Below are positions 27,677 through 38,146 of a DNA stretch of 44,453 nt, piece after piece. The DNA comes from Methanothrix sp. (lineage in GTDB: Archaea > Halobacteriota > Methanosarcinia > Methanotrichales > Methanotrichaceae), in contig JBAXWY010000022.1 of NCBI GenBank assembly GCA_037128175.1, forward strand, positions 1-44,453, written 5' to 3'. The translations under genes were made by a program, and so were the position numbers. The notes under the pieces are model-generated. The model worked only from the letters and a program-made list of their open reading frames with translations. It did not search any database and had not been told where the DNA came from. Positions within the stretch are counted from its first letter, which is position 1, and each line of letters begins with the position of its first letter.

Positions 27677-30600
27677 ATGAAAGAACCGAATAGCAAGTGC
27701 AAGAATAATACTAGATTCAAAGGTAAGTACAGAGACGTATTTCTCGTCTTTGCAGTATTAATGATAACGGGAGTGCTATTGGCCGTATCGGCCTATGCAC
27801 AATTCGATCCGCAGCTGCCGGGAGATTCCGGACCGGTGGATTTCACGACTCCGGACATCATGGGCACAGCCAGTTCCAACCAGCCGCCCATGCTCGCCGC
27901 TCTTGAGAGTGATAAATCCAGTCCTCAGGAAGCAGGCAGCTCCATAAAATGGACGGCCAAAGCAGAAGACCCGGAAAATGATCCCATTTCCTTCATATTC
28001 CGGCTAAAAGGGCCTTCTACTGGTGACGTATGGAAGCCGGTAAACCAAGACCCTTCCGAAAAGACCTGGAAATGGGACACCAATTCTGAAGATGCTGGAA
28101 ATTACCAGATAAGCGTCTCGGTTAGGGATGAAACGCATGCTGGTCCCCAATTTACACCGGACGAGAAGATAGTTGACTTTAAATTGACTGCCCCAACGGC
28201 ACCTGCAGAAGTTCAGGTGCAGCCTGCAGTTGAGCCTTTGCCAGTTGTGACGGCCCAGGAGCAAACATATGTGCCGCCCGTGCAGGAGCAGCAGCCTTCT
28301 CAGATGCAACCCGTGGCGCAGCCACAGGAAGTAACCCCTGCCAATTTGGCACCTGTCATGACCAGCTTGACACCGGTTCCAGCCAGCCCCCAGGAAGCCG
28401 GAGCTGTGGTGAACTGGGAAGCAATAGCCAGTGACCAGGAAAGCGATAGTCTGCAGTTCCAGTTCCTGCTGGACGGTTCGCCGATGACCGATTGGCAAGA
28501 TCAGAATCAATGGACCTGGACAACCTCCGTCAATGAAATCGGTGTCCACAGTATTGAGGCAATAGTCCGGGATGGATCACATAATATGGAGGGCGATTCG
28601 TCCAAAAAGGCAAAATTTACCATAAATAAACCCAATGAAAAGCCAGTCATTTCCGAATTGGCAGCAGATAAGAACAGCCCCCAGGAGACGGGAAGCATTG
28701 TAACCTGGACGGCCAAAGCGTCTGACCCCGAGAAAAATCCAATTTTATATAGGTTCTTTTTAAACCAACTTCCTACTACCGATTGGCAGTCCAGCAACAA
28801 GTGGGCCTGGACAGCAGCCGAGGGCGACGCCCAGATAGAGGTCCAGGTTAGAGACGGAAAGCATGCCGAGCAAGATGGGTTTGATGACAGCAAGAGCGCG
28901 ACGTTCGTCATATTGTCCCCCAACCAGAAACCTGCCATCATCAATTTCAGTCCTGACAAGCAGAGCCCCCAGGAGACCGGTTCTATTATCTCCTGGACTG
29001 TCGAATTCATGGACGCAGAGAGCGATCCTCTGCAATTCCAGTTCTCCTTAGATGGAACGGTAGTGCAGGATTGGTCGGAAAGCCCCGTCTGGATCTGGAC
29101 TGCGACCAAAGAGCAGATCGGGCAGCATATAATCGAGGCCAAGGTCAAGGACAATAAGCACAATCCTGATGGAGACAGCTCTAAGACAACCGATTTCGTC
29201 ATAAGTGCTCCGCCAAACAATCCACCTGTTGTTACCGATCTGGTCTCAGACCTGGCCAGCCCGCAGGTAGCCGGAGCCGCAGTAACCTTTACTGCAACGG
29301 CTTCAGACACCGAGACCGATCCCGTGCAGTACATGTTCTTACTGGATGGCCAGCCCAAGACCAGCTGGACGGAAAATCCGAGCTGGACCTGGACTACATC
29401 CGCAGAGGACATCGGATCTCACAGTATCGAGGCGAAGTCCAAGGACAATAAGCACAATCCTGACGGAGACAGCTCTAAGGCGATCGATTTTGCCATAAGT
29501 GCTCCGCCAAACAATCCACCCGTGCTTATCGATCTGGCCTCAGACCTGGCCAGCCCGCAGGTAGCCGGAGCCGCAGTAACCTTTACTGCAACGGCTTCAG
29601 ACACCGAGACCGATCCCGTGCAGTACATGTTCTTACTGGATGGCCAGCCCAAGACCAGCTGGACGGAAAATCCGAGCTGGACCTGGACTACATCCGCAGA
29701 GGACATCGGATCTCACAGTATCGAGGCGAAGTCCAAGGACAATAAGCACAATCCTGACGGAGACAGCTCTAAGGCGATCGATTTCGCCATAAGTGCTCCG
29801 CCAAACAATCCACCCGTGCTTACCGATCTGGCCTCAGACCTGGTCAGCCCACAACTATTGGGAACGACAGTCACCTGGACGGCCCAGGCCAGCGATCCGG
29901 AATCCAATCCAATCAGTTATCGCTTCCTGGTCAACGGCACGCCTGCCACCGACTGGCAACTAGAGAATATATTGACCTGGACAGCCATAGAGCCCGGCAC
30001 CAGCCAGATCTCTGTGCAGGTTAAAGACAGCCTGCATGAGGGAGCGCAAGGCGTTGCCGGCAATATTAGCCGCGAGTTTTCCATAATTGCTCCTGCGCCT
30101 GAAACCAAGCCCGTGCAAGAGCCTGTGCAAACCGAGGTTGTGCCGGCAGAAGTCGTACCGGCCAAGCTCAATGAATCGCCGGTGATTAGTGGCTTGACCA
30201 CGGAAAGCGTCAGCCCACAACTATTGGGAACAACAGTCACCTGGACGGCCCAGGCCAGCGATCCGGAATCCGATCCAATCAGCTATCGCTTCCTGGTCAA
30301 CGGCACGCCTGCCACCGACTGGCAACCAGAAAACCTGTGGACCTGGACGGCCATGCTGCCAGGCACCAGCCAGATCTCTGTGCAGGTTAAGGACAGCCTG
30401 CATGAGGGAGCGCAAGGCGTTGCCGGCAATATTAGCCGCGAGTTTTCCATAATTGCTCCTGCGCCTGAAACCAAGCCCGTGCAAGAGCCTGTGCAAACCG
30501 AGGTTGTGCCGGCAGAAGTCGTACCGGCCAAGCTCAATGAATCGCCGGTGATTAGTGGCTTGACCACGGAAAGCGTCAGCCCACAACTATTGGGAACAAC

Positions 30601-33600
30601 AGTCACCTGGACGGCCCAGGCCAGCGATCCGGAATCCGATCCAATCAGCTATCGCTTCCTGGTCAACGGCACGCCTGCCACCGACTGGCAACCAGAAAAC
30701 CTGTGGACCTGGACGGCCATGCTGCCAGGCACCAGCCAGATCTCTGTGCAGGTTAAGGACAGCCTGCACGAGGGAGCAGAGGGTGAAGCCGGCAACATGA
30801 GCGCAGAGTTCACCATAAATGCTCCTGCGCCTGAAACCAAGCCCGTGCAAGAGCCTGTCACGGGCGAGAATGTACCTCCAGTGACTGAGAACATAACCAT
30901 ACCAGTAGCACCGGAAAATGTGACGCCGCAGCAGCCCGTCAATGAGACGGAAGCTGTGACGATTGCCCCGGAGACCGTTGTACCTCCTCTGGATGAGAAC
31001 ATAACCACACCCCTGGTACTGGAAAATGTGACGCCACAGCAGCCCGTCAATGAAACGAAGTCCACTGAGCCTGCGATTCCACCGGCAGAAAACCGGACAC
31101 CCGTCTTGAATTCTCTGAGCGCGGATGTCACCAGCCCCCAGATTCCGGGCACCACCATAACCTGGACTGCCAATGCCACTGATGTAGACCAAGATCCGTT
31201 GCTCTTCCGCTTCTTCAGAAGTGGACCGGCAACCAGCGGAGTCTGGCAGCCTGTGACGGAGTGGAGCGGTGCCAACACCTGGACCCAAACGACATCTTCC
31301 TCGGATGCAGGCGAAAATCAGGTCAAGGCCCAGGTTAGGGATGGAAAGCACGCATCTCCGGATAGCTTTGACAGCGAGCTGTCCGCATTCATGACTCTTC
31401 GTGAGCCTGCTCGGAACATATCCGGCACAGCTTATGATGATAAGGACGGCAACTCTCTCATAGATAGCGGCGAGGCCCTGTCCGGCTGGACAATCCGTCT
31501 TGCCGGGCCAGACGGCGAGATCAGCGCCTTAACTCGTGAGGACGGATCCTATCGTTTCGAGCAACTTAAGAAGGGAAGCTACACTGTTAGCGAGACACTG
31601 CCCTCCGGTTGGAAGGCTACCAATCCCGAGAGCGGATCATATAGCGTGGATCTGTCGGAGGGCGACGCCGCCGACAAGAACTTCGCCAATAAGCTGACAT
31701 CTTACAGCATATCCGGCATGAAGTATAACGACCTTAACGGCAATGGGGCCAACGACGGCGAGCCTGGAATGGAAGGTTGGACGATCCAGCTCTCCAAAGA
31801 GGGCAGCACTGTCAATAGCACCACGACCGGGAAGGATGGTTCCTATAAATTCGCGGACCTGATGCCAGGCAGCTACTCGGTAAAGGAAGTCGAGCAGTCC
31901 GGCTGGGCCAGGACAGCACCTCTTGAGGGATCATATTCGGTTATGCTTGCAGATGCCGATGTGACCGGTAAAGACTTTGGCAACCACGGATCGTGGTCTA
32001 TCTTTGGAGCCAATTTCAACGACCTGAATGGAAACGGAGTCAAGGATGGAAATGAGACCGCTCTTGTCGGCTGGAACATTCAGCTCGCCAAAGACGGCAA
32101 TATCATCAATGCCACTACCACTGGCCAGGACGGATCCTATGCCTTCAAGAACCTCGCTCCAGGCAAATACACTGTAAGCGAAGTCGCCCAGGAAGGCTGG
32201 ACTCAGACTCTGCCTCAGGGACCATATAGCATCGATCTATTGGATGCGGATGTCTCAGGAAAGGATTTCGGCAACAAGGGCAACCTATCCATCACGGGCA
32301 AAAAGTTCTATGATGCCAACGGCAATGGAGTGCAAGACGGGGACGAGCCTGGCCTTCCAGGACAGGAAGTCAAGCTGGTAGAGAACGGCAAAGAGCTCGC
32401 CAGCGTGACCACGGGCCAGGACGGCACCTATACCTTCAGCAACCTGGTGCCGGGAACCTACGAGGTGGATGACCCCATACTGGTTACCGTAACAACGCAG
32501 ATTCATGTAGTGGTGAACGTTCCGGCATTCAGCCCCAACATAATCTCTGGAATGAAATTCAACGATCTGAACGGCAATGGAATTAAGGACGCTGGAGAAC
32601 TGGGCGTTCCCAATTGGGGAATCGATCTGGTATATGTGGTGCCTGGCCCCGATATCTTGCTGGCACAGGTCAATACAGATGCCAACGGAGCCTACAAGTT
32701 CATCAACATCCCGCCTGGCAACTACGAGATCAAGGAGCTGGCCAGACAGGGCTGGACTGCAACCACACCAACGGTACGCGCCGTTCATATCCCGGGCAGC
32801 TCCAGCAACCAAAACTTCGGCAACAAGCTGGCTACCTTGCCAACTTTGGGCTCGATCTTTGGCATGAAGTTCAATGACCTCAACGGAAATGGTGTTAAGG
32901 ATGGCGGCGACGCTGGGCTTCCTGGCTGGACCATCCAGTTAAAGAATGCCACAAGCCTGACCGTGATCAGTACCACAAACACCGGATCGGACGGCACCTA
33001 TGCCTTCCTGAACATCACTCCTGCAAACTACGTTGTGAGCGAGGTATCCCAATCCGGCTGGACGCAGACCAAGCCACCTGCGCCTGGTGCACAGGTTTAC
33101 TCCTTTGCTCTGGCCGCGGGAGAGAATAAGCAGGGAATCGACTTTGGCAACCGCAACAATAACCTGCTGCCTACCAATCCCACGCTGGTCCCGAATCTGG
33201 CCGGCCCACGGATGGTGGGCACGCCTGTAATCTGGACCGCTGGGGCCACTGATCCAGAAGGAGATACCCTGCAGTTCAGATTCTTCGTGCGCGGACCGGC
33301 GCCATCCCCTGCTGTGAGGGCCGACACCGGATACTCTACGAACAACGTTTGGACATGGAGCACCGTTGGGTATGCTCCTGGACCCTACCAGATTGAGGTC
33401 TGGATCAGAGACGGCAATCACGCCGGATCGGCAGGCTTCGACATCAAGAAGACGGTTTCCTTCACACTTACCAGCGCCAACCTGCCGCCACGAGTCAACA
33501 TGCTGTTCTCCGATCGGCCGGCACCCCAGTTTATGGGAAGCTGGATCAAGTGGACCGCAGTTGCATCCGATCCGGAAGGTGCTCCCCTGCAGTACAAGTT

Positions 33601-35098
33601 CTATCTGCGCGGTCCTTCAACTAACGGATTTTGGATGGACCAGACCGGCTGGGGAAATAACAACCGCTGGATCTGGAGAACCACTCCCTTTGATGTCGGC
33701 TACAGCGAGGTGCTGGTGGCAGTTAGAGACGGCAGTCATGCCGGGCCGGGTGGATCAGACGACTATGAAATAGCCGCCTTCTCTATCATCAACCAGAACC
33801 TTCCGCCGGTTATCACTGGTCTGGTCAGCAATGTGTTTAGCCCGCAGCCCATAGGAGCCACAGTGATGTGGAGGGCATCCGCCATGGATCCGGAAGGAAA
33901 TCCTGTGTTCTACAGGTACTGGCTAAAGGGAGCCGCTACCGGAGGATCCTGGAGGATTGCGCGGGATTGGTCGACCGACCCGACCTTCGTATGGCCCACC
34001 TCGCCCGCGGACGCAGGAACAAGCGAGATTCAATTGCAAGTGCGCGATGGCCTGCACTCCAGCCCGTCTGGATGGGATGACGATGCAGGGGCCCTGTTCA
34101 CCGTGCTGCGGCAAAACCTGCCGCCCACTCTCGTCTCCCTGAAGCCGGACAAGCCCAGCTCACAAGTTGCCGGCACACCCATAAAGTGGATGGCAATAGC
34201 CTCAGATCCAGATAGAGAGCCGGTATTCTACAAATTCTGGCTGAAGGGCCCATCGACCGGAGAAGCCTGGAAGGTCGTACAGGATTGGTCGACAAAGAAC
34301 CTGTGGACCTGGGCCAGTTTTGGCAGCGATCGCGGGGCTTATACCGTCTACGTCTACGCCCGGGACGGAAAGCACAATCCAGCAACCGGTTATGATAGCG
34401 CACTGGGTGCATCGTATCTGCTTACACCCAATCAGCTGCCCAAGCTGACGGCTTTGCTGCCCGACAAGCTCGGCCCACTGAGCGCAGGAAACCCAGTGAA
34501 ATGGACAGCAAAAGCGTCCGATGCCAACAAAGAACCTATCCTTTATCGGTTTTGGTTGAAGGGCCCCTCCACAGGCAACGCCTGGAAGGTGGTGGCGGAT
34601 TGGTCAATAAACAACCAGTGGACCTGGACCAATTCCGGCAGCGATAGCGGAGAATATACCGTCTATGTCTATGTTCGGGACGGAAAGCATAGTCCAGCAA
34701 CCGGTTACGATAGCGCACTGGGTGCATCGTATCTGCTTACGCCCAATGAGCCGCCCAAGCTGACGGCTCTTCTGCCCAACAAGAAAAATCCGCAGAGCGC
34801 AGGAACGATCGTGAAATGGACGGCAACCGCCACTGATATCAATAAAGATCCGATACTCTACCGGTTCTGGCTGAATGGCCCATCCACAGGCAATGCCTGG
34901 AAGATGGTATCGGATTGGTCGATAAAGAACCAGTGGACCTGGACCAATGCACCAACCGATGGCGGCAACTACAGAATTTTTGTCTATGCCAGGGATGGCA
35001 AGCACGCCCCGGCAACCGGCTATGACAGCGCGGTAGGTCAGGACTATGCACTGCTAAATCGGGTAGTGAGCCAAAAGGTGGTTGTTGTAAAAAGATAG
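27677..35098 (+). CDS. Giant secreted/surface protein with tandem Ig-like repeats and SdrD-B/CnaB-like domains
   Basis: Signal peptide; repeated N.PP...SPQ..G..V.WTA.A.DPE...Y.F...DW....WTW...V.V.DG.H modules; central DxNGNGxxD...GW.I.L...DGSY.F..L.PG.Y.V.E modules. Confidence 0.9.
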   Translation: MKEPNSKCKNNTRFKGKYRDVFLVFAVLMITGVLLAVSAYAQFDPQLPGDSGPVDFTTPDIMGTASSNQPPMLAALESDKSSPQEAGSSIKWTAKAEDPENDPISFIFRLKGPSTGDVWKPVNQDPSEKTWKWDTNSEDAGNYQISVSVRDETHAGPQFTPDEKIVDFKLTAPTAPAEVQVQPAVEPLPVVTAQEQTYVPPVQEQQPSQMQPVAQPQEVTPANLAPVMTSLTPVPASPQEAGAVVNWEAIASDQESDSLQFQFLLDGSPMTDWQDQNQWTWTTSVNEIGVHSIEAIVRDGSHNMEGDSSKKAKFTINKPNEKPVISELAADKNSPQETGSIVTWTAKASDPEKNPILYRFFLNQLPTTDWQSSNKWAWTAAEGDAQIEVQVRDGKHAEQDGFDDSKSATFVILSPNQKPAIINFSPDKQSPQETGSIISWTVEFMDAESDPLQFQFSLDGTVVQDWSESPVWIWTATKEQIGQHIIEAKVKDNKHNPDGDSSKTTDFVISAPPNNPPVVTDLVSDLASPQVAGAAVTFTATASDTETDPVQYMFLLDGQPKTSWTENPSWTWTTSAEDIGSHSIEAKSKDNKHNPDGDSSKAIDFAISAPPNNPPVLIDLASDLASPQVAGAAVTFTATASDTETDPVQYMFLLDGQPKTSWTENPSWTWTTSAEDIGSHSIEAKSKDNKHNPDGDSSKAIDFAISAPPNNPPVLTDLASDLVSPQLLGTTVTWTAQASDPESNPISYRFLVNGTPATDWQLENILTWTAIEPGTSQISVQVKDSLHEGAQGVAGNISREFSIIAPAPETKPVQEPVQTEVVPAEVVPAKLNESPVISGLTTESVSPQLLGTTVTWTAQASDPESDPISYRFLVNGTPATDWQPENLWTWTAMLPGTSQISVQVKDSLHEGAQGVAGNISREFSIIAPAPETKPVQEPVQTEVVPAEVVPAKLNESPVISGLTTESVSPQLLGTTVTWTAQASDPESDPISYRFLVNGTPATDWQPENLWTWTAMLPGTSQISVQVKDSLHEGAEGEAGNMSAEFTINAPAPETKPVQEPVTGENVPPVTENITIPVAPENVTPQQPVNETEAVTIAPETVVPPLDENITTPLVLENVTPQQPVNETKSTEPAIPPAENRTPVLNSLSADVTSPQIPGTTITWTANATDVDQDPLLFRFFRSGPATSGVWQPVTEWSGANTWTQTTSSSDAGENQVKAQVRDGKHASPDSFDSELSAFMTLREPARNISGTAYDDKDGNSLIDSGEALSGWTIRLAGPDGEISALTREDGSYRFEQLKKGSYTVSETLPSGWKATNPESGSYSVDLSEGDAADKNFANKLTSYSISGMKYNDLNGNGANDGEPGMEGWTIQLSKEGSTVNSTTTGKDGSYKFADLMPGSYSVKEVEQSGWARTAPLEGSYSVMLADADVTGKDFGNHGSWSIFGANFNDLNGNGVKDGNETALVGWNIQLAKDGNIINATTTGQDGSYAFKNLAPGKYTVSEVAQEGWTQTLPQGPYSIDLLDADVSGKDFGNKGNLSITGKKFYDANGNGVQDGDEPGLPGQEVKLVENGKELASVTTGQDGTYTFSNLVPGTYEVDDPILVTVTTQIHVVVNVPAFSPNIISGMKFNDLNGNGIKDAGELGVPNWGIDLVYVVPGPDILLAQVNTDANGAYKFINIPPGNYEIKELARQGWTATTPTVRAVHIPGSSSNQNFGNKLATLPTLGSIFGMKFNDLNGNGVKDGGDAGLPGWTIQLKNATSLTVISTTNTGSDGTYAFLNITPANYVVSEVSQSGWTQTKPPAPGAQVYSFALAAGENKQGIDFGNRNNNLLPTNPTLVPNLAGPRMVGTPVIWTAGATDPEGDTLQFRFFVRGPAPSPAVRADTGYSTNNVWTWSTVGYAPGPYQIEVWIRDGNHAGSAGFDIKKTVSFTLTSANLPPRVNMLFSDRPAPQFMGSWIKWTAVASDPEGAPLQYKFYLRGPSTNGFWMDQTGWGNNNRWIWRTTPFDVGYSEVLVAVRDGSHAGPGGSDDYEIAAFSIINQNLPPVITGLVSNVFSPQPIGATVMWRASAMDPEGNPVFYRYWLKGAATGGSWRIARDWSTDPTFVWPTSPADAGTSEIQLQVRDGLHSSPSGWDDDAGALFTVLRQNLPPTLVSLKPDKPSSQVAGTPIKWMAIASDPDREPVFYKFWLKGPSTGEAWKVVQDWSTKNLWTWASFGSDRGAYTVYVYARDGKHNPATGYDSALGASYLLTPNQLPKLTALLPDKLGPLSAGNPVKWTAKASDANKEPILYRFWLKGPSTGNAWKVVADWSINNQWTWTNSGSDSGEYTVYVYVRDGKHSPATGYDSALGASYLLTPNEPPKLTALLPNKKNPQSAGTIVKWTATATDINKDPILYRFWLNGPSTGNAWKMVSDWSIKNQWTWTNAPTDGGNYRIFVYARDGKHAPATGYDSAVGQDYALLNRVVSQKVVVVKR
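29147..29842 (+). repeat. Intragenic tandem repeat, 294-bp unit, about 2.4 copies, near-identical
   Basis: AAGGACAATAAGCACAATCCTGA at 29147, 29441 and 29735. Confidence 0.9.
29843..30858 (+). repeat. Intragenic tandem repeat, 366-bp unit, about 2.8 copies, near-identical
   Basis: GTCAGCCCACAACTATTGGG at 29843, 30209 and 30575. Confidence 0.9.
34116..35050 (+). repeat. Intragenic tandem repeat, 315-bp unit, about 3 diverged copies
   Basis: GCACTGGGTGCATCGTATCTGCTTAC recurs 315 bp apart; FWLKGPSTG.AWK.V.DWS...YARDGKH.PATGYDSA occurs three times. Confidence 0.8.
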
Positions 35099-35229
35099 TG
35101 AGATAAACCATGATGAGTGCAACATAGAGCATCGCTTTGAAAAACATGGATGAGGTAGGAAAAAAGGTCCTGCCCATCTCATCTCTTTTTCCAATAGGTT
35201 TAAATCCAACAGATGTCTGGGGAGAAACT

Positions 35230-35628
35230 ATGATGAAATATACGATTGCTTTGGCTGTGCTATTAATGCTGGCCGGCACCGGTCTGGCAACGATGTGGCT
35301 TTACGATGATCCCATGTTCTTCCAGATGAACTACCCTGCAAAGGCAGCATCCTTTACTGCTGCGGATATGTCTATTCTGGAAATCATAGATGCTCCCTAT
35401 TTCCCTCTCCTGGGCCAGAGCTTCTACTACAATGCCATTCCCTTTAAGCTTAGCAATAATACCAATGCCATTCAGATCGGCAGCAAGGCTCCCACATCCA
35501 TGTCTCCCATCTCGGTCACCTTTGGCGGACACCTGGAAAATAACATGAAGTACGCGCAGAGCAAGTCCTCGCTGAGGATCGGTTCGCAAGGTTCCTGGAA
35601 CGCCTTAAACGCTCCTGGAGTGCTATAG
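35230..35628 (+). CDS. Hypothetical secreted protein
   Basis: MMKYTIALAVLLMLAGTGLA signal peptide; GGAG upstream of ATG 35230. Confidence 0.75.
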   Translation: MMKYTIALAVLLMLAGTGLATMWLYDDPMFFQMNYPAKAASFTAADMSILEIIDAPYFPLLGQSFYYNAIPFKLSNNTNAIQIGSKAPTSMSPISVTFGGHLENNMKYAQSKSSLRIGSQGSWNALNAPGVL

Positions 35629-35677
35629 GAGAAGAGGGCGGACAGAACCGTTCCGACCATTTGAAATTTTTTTTATT

Positions 35678-36862
35678 TTATTCACAATTCATTATATTTG
35701 ACTCTCGGACGGATAGAGTTACAAGAGTTATGGAAATCGCCAATAGTGTGAAGACATAGATGCAACCGCCAACCCCATGCAGATCCGCGGTCAGTCCTGC
35801 AATAAGCGGCCCGATAACCACACCGCTCATGCGAGCTGTATTGAAGATGCCATAAACCTCCCCGCGTCGCGCGTTGCTGGTGGTATCAGCGATTAGCGCC
35901 GCGGCTGCCGGGCTTGCCATGCCAAGCCCCATGCCGAGGCCCGCGAAAAGGAATGTGACGGGGATCAATGCATCCGCCTGGGAAAGAAAAGCAAAACTGA
36001 CGGCTCCCACCAGGCAGCCGGTGAAGATGAGTTTTTTTCTTGTACCTTTGTCGGCCTGGCGGCCAAAGTGGATATTAAAAAGAGCTGTGCTGCCTCCATA
36101 AACCAGGTAGATTATCCCCACATCCGTAGCATTAAAGCCCAGGCCGGCGGCAAAGCCTGGCAGCATGGTGAAGTTGAAGCCGCCTACCACTCCTGCCCAG
36201 AGGACGACAGAGGAGCAGGCTAGAAATGTGAGCCGATAGCCGGGAGCGATGAGTGCTTCCTTTCCCCGGGACGGAAGAAGGCCCATCTTTACTCTTATTT
36301 TCTCAGGCTCTTTTACCCGGAAATAGACAACAAAAAACGAAGCTCCACCCAGAATAGCCCACAAATAAAAAGGGGCATTCAGGCCGAGAAAATCGTAGAG
36401 CATTCCTCCGATGAGTGGCCCTAAGGCTAACGCAAAGAAGAACGCGGCGTTGTACCGACCCATGGCCGCCCCTCTATTTTTCGCTTCTGCCTGATCGATA
36501 ATCAGTGCCATGGCAATAGGCCAGACGGCTGCGGCACCAAGTCCCCCCAAAGCTCTGATGAACAGAAGAGAATTTGCATTCTTCGCATAGATGTAAAAGA
36601 GCGGTAGGAAGCAAAATGTGGCCAGGCCCAGGAGCAAGATCTTTTTGCGCCCCATCTGATCGGAGAGGCGGCCTATGGGTATCTGTGTTAGAAGCTGCAC
36701 CGCTCCGTAGACTGAGACAATAAATCCGAGCATGGTGTAAGATGCGCCCATATCCATGACATAGCGAGGAAAAAACGGCGCTATCAGGGAGAATCCCAGG
36801 ACAGCGACGAAGACAGCCAGATAAAGGGGCGCAAGTGAGCCGGTATCTTTGAGCGTGGGCAT
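35678..36862 (-). CDS. MFS transporter
   Basis: About 12 hydrophobic segments; motif A GRLSDQMGRK. Confidence 0.92.
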   Translation of the reverse strand: MPTLKDTGSLAPLYLAVFVAVLGFSLIAPFFPRYVMDMGASYTMLGFIVSVYGAVQLLTQIPIGRLSDQMGRKKILLLGLATFCFLPLFYIYAKNANSLLFIRALGGLGAAAVWPIAMALIIDQAEAKNRGAAMGRYNAAFFFALALGPLIGGMLYDFLGLNAPFYLWAILGGASFFVVYFRVKEPEKIRVKMGLLPSRGKEALIAPGYRLTFLACSSVVLWAGVVGGFNFTMLPGFAAGLGFNATDVGIIYLVYGGSTALFNIHFGRQADKGTRKKLIFTGCLVGAVSFAFLSQADALIPVTFLFAGLGMGLGMASPAAAALIADTTSNARRGEVYGIFNTARMSGVVIGPLIAGLTADLHGVGGCIYVFTLLAISITLVTLSVRESNIMNCE

Positions 36863-36868
36863 TAATCT

Positions 36869-37102
36869 CTAGAACTTCAGCTCCATGCCAAGAATCGTCT
36901 GAGTATAAGTCACTCCATTGATCTCTCTTACGCTCAGAACAGCCCGGTTTAGGTCGGATATGCTCTCCACATCGGCAATAGCGATGAAGTCTCTCTCTCC
37001 GTAGACCGGCACAACCTCCCTAATACCTTTGATGCCCTCCAGGCAATCGTGGACTGCCTTTTCCGTTCCCGGCTCAACGTTTATCATTATGAAGCCTTTC
37101 AA
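36869..37102 (-). CDS. Lrp/AsnC ligand-binding (RAM) domain protein
   Basis: FIMINVEPG, VYGERDFIA, GVTYTQT. Confidence 0.85.
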   Translation of the reverse strand: MKGFIMINVEPGTEKAVHDCLEGIKGIREVVPVYGERDFIAIADVESISDLNRAVLSVREINGVTYTQTILGMELKF

Positions 37103-37149
37103 TGTCTATCCCCCAAAAATTATGCTTTAAGGTTCTCTTTTTGATAATA

Positions 37150-37710
37150 TCACTCTTTCCCCTGAAGGTCTCTCTGAATATCTCTTTGAAGGGCTCTCTG
37201 ATGGGCTATTTCCGGGGGGGCTCTCTCCTCTGGAACGGGAATGCCTTTCTGTTCCATCAGGCCTTTTACCATCTCAATCTCGTCTTCCAGGCGCTTCAAA
37301 GGCATTGCCTCCCTGGCCAGGTACAGGCAACTCAATGCCTCTTCCAATCGTCCTAATGCCGTCAGTACTGCGGCCGTGGATTCCTGGTCATAGGCATCGC
37401 CTCCTTTCTGGAGCACGCAGTCGTAAACCAGAAGCGCTTCTTCAAGTCTTTTTTGGTTTCTCAGCAAAAAGCCCTTGTTCCTCAGGGCATCCAGATTTTC
37501 GGGGTCGATGGCCAGGCATCGATCGTAGCTTTGCATGGCCTCATCGAAGCGGCCCAGGCCATAGAGGGCCACGCCCTGGTTGTTCCAGACTTCAGGTATC
37601 TCCTGGTTCATGGCCAGCACTCTCTCGAAGATCTCCGAAGCCTCCTCAAACTTATTCTGCTTGACCTTGTCCATGCCTCTGTTCAGCAGCACCTTCTCTT
37701 TGTTGTTCAT
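37150..37710 (-). CDS. Tetratricopeptide repeat protein
   Basis: WNNQGVALYGLGRFDEAMQSYDRCLAIDP and related TPR motifs. Confidence 0.88.
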   Translation of the reverse strand: MNNKEKVLLNRGMDKVKQNKFEEASEIFERVLAMNQEIPEVWNNQGVALYGLGRFDEAMQSYDRCLAIDPENLDALRNKGFLLRNQKRLEEALLVYDCVLQKGGDAYDQESTAAVLTALGRLEEALSCLYLAREAMPLKRLEDEIEMVKGLMEQKGIPVPEERAPPEIAHQRALQRDIQRDLQGKE

Positions 37711-37717
37711 AGCCGCC

Positions 37718-38062
37718 TCACATATATCCCTGGATAGCTGCCGACTCGCTGCCCTTCTCCGCAATGGCAGGATTCTGGGGTACCGATCCCGGCCTCTTGA
37801 TCTCTCCGAAGACCTTCTCGTAGTCCTTGATGTGCTCTACCAGCCAGTTGGCCAGTTCCTTGGCCGCCAGGGGTGAGAGAATGATCTCCGTATCGATCTT
37901 TCTCTCCATGACCGTCATGCTCTTGCCGTCCTCGACCATCGTCTTTGGCGAGTCGTTGTAAAAGGCAATGCGAAAGTCGTAGGGGCTGTGTCCTCCGATC
38001 GCGCCTATGGCATAGACCTGGCTAAAATCGGAGCTTTTTGAGATTTCCACTTTAACTTCCAT
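37718..38062 (-). CDS. DUF3467-like hypothetical protein
   Basis: VYAIGAIGG.SPYDFRIAF and IILSPLAAKELANWL..HIKDYEKVFGEI. Confidence 0.75.
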   Translation of the reverse strand: MEVKVEISKSSDFSQVYAIGAIGGHSPYDFRIAFYNDSPKTMVEDGKSMTVMERKIDTEIILSPLAAKELANWLVEHIKDYEKVFGEIKRPGSVPQNPAIAEKGSESAAIQGYM

Positions 38063-38146
38063 GCATGCGGGATAGGGCTCCAGCTTAAAAAAGATGATGA
38101 TATCGAAATGTATTTAGATGACTTAGCTTCTTGTGTTGCCGATACT

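Noticed and set aside
28004-35005. Repeated antisense ORFs within the giant surface-protein gene
   Set aside because: Shadows of the sense-strand tandem repeats and codon bias.
37150-37215. Short 12-nt periodicity at the TPR gene 3' end (QRAL-QRDI-QRDL)
   Set aside because: Low-complexity tail with no further structure.
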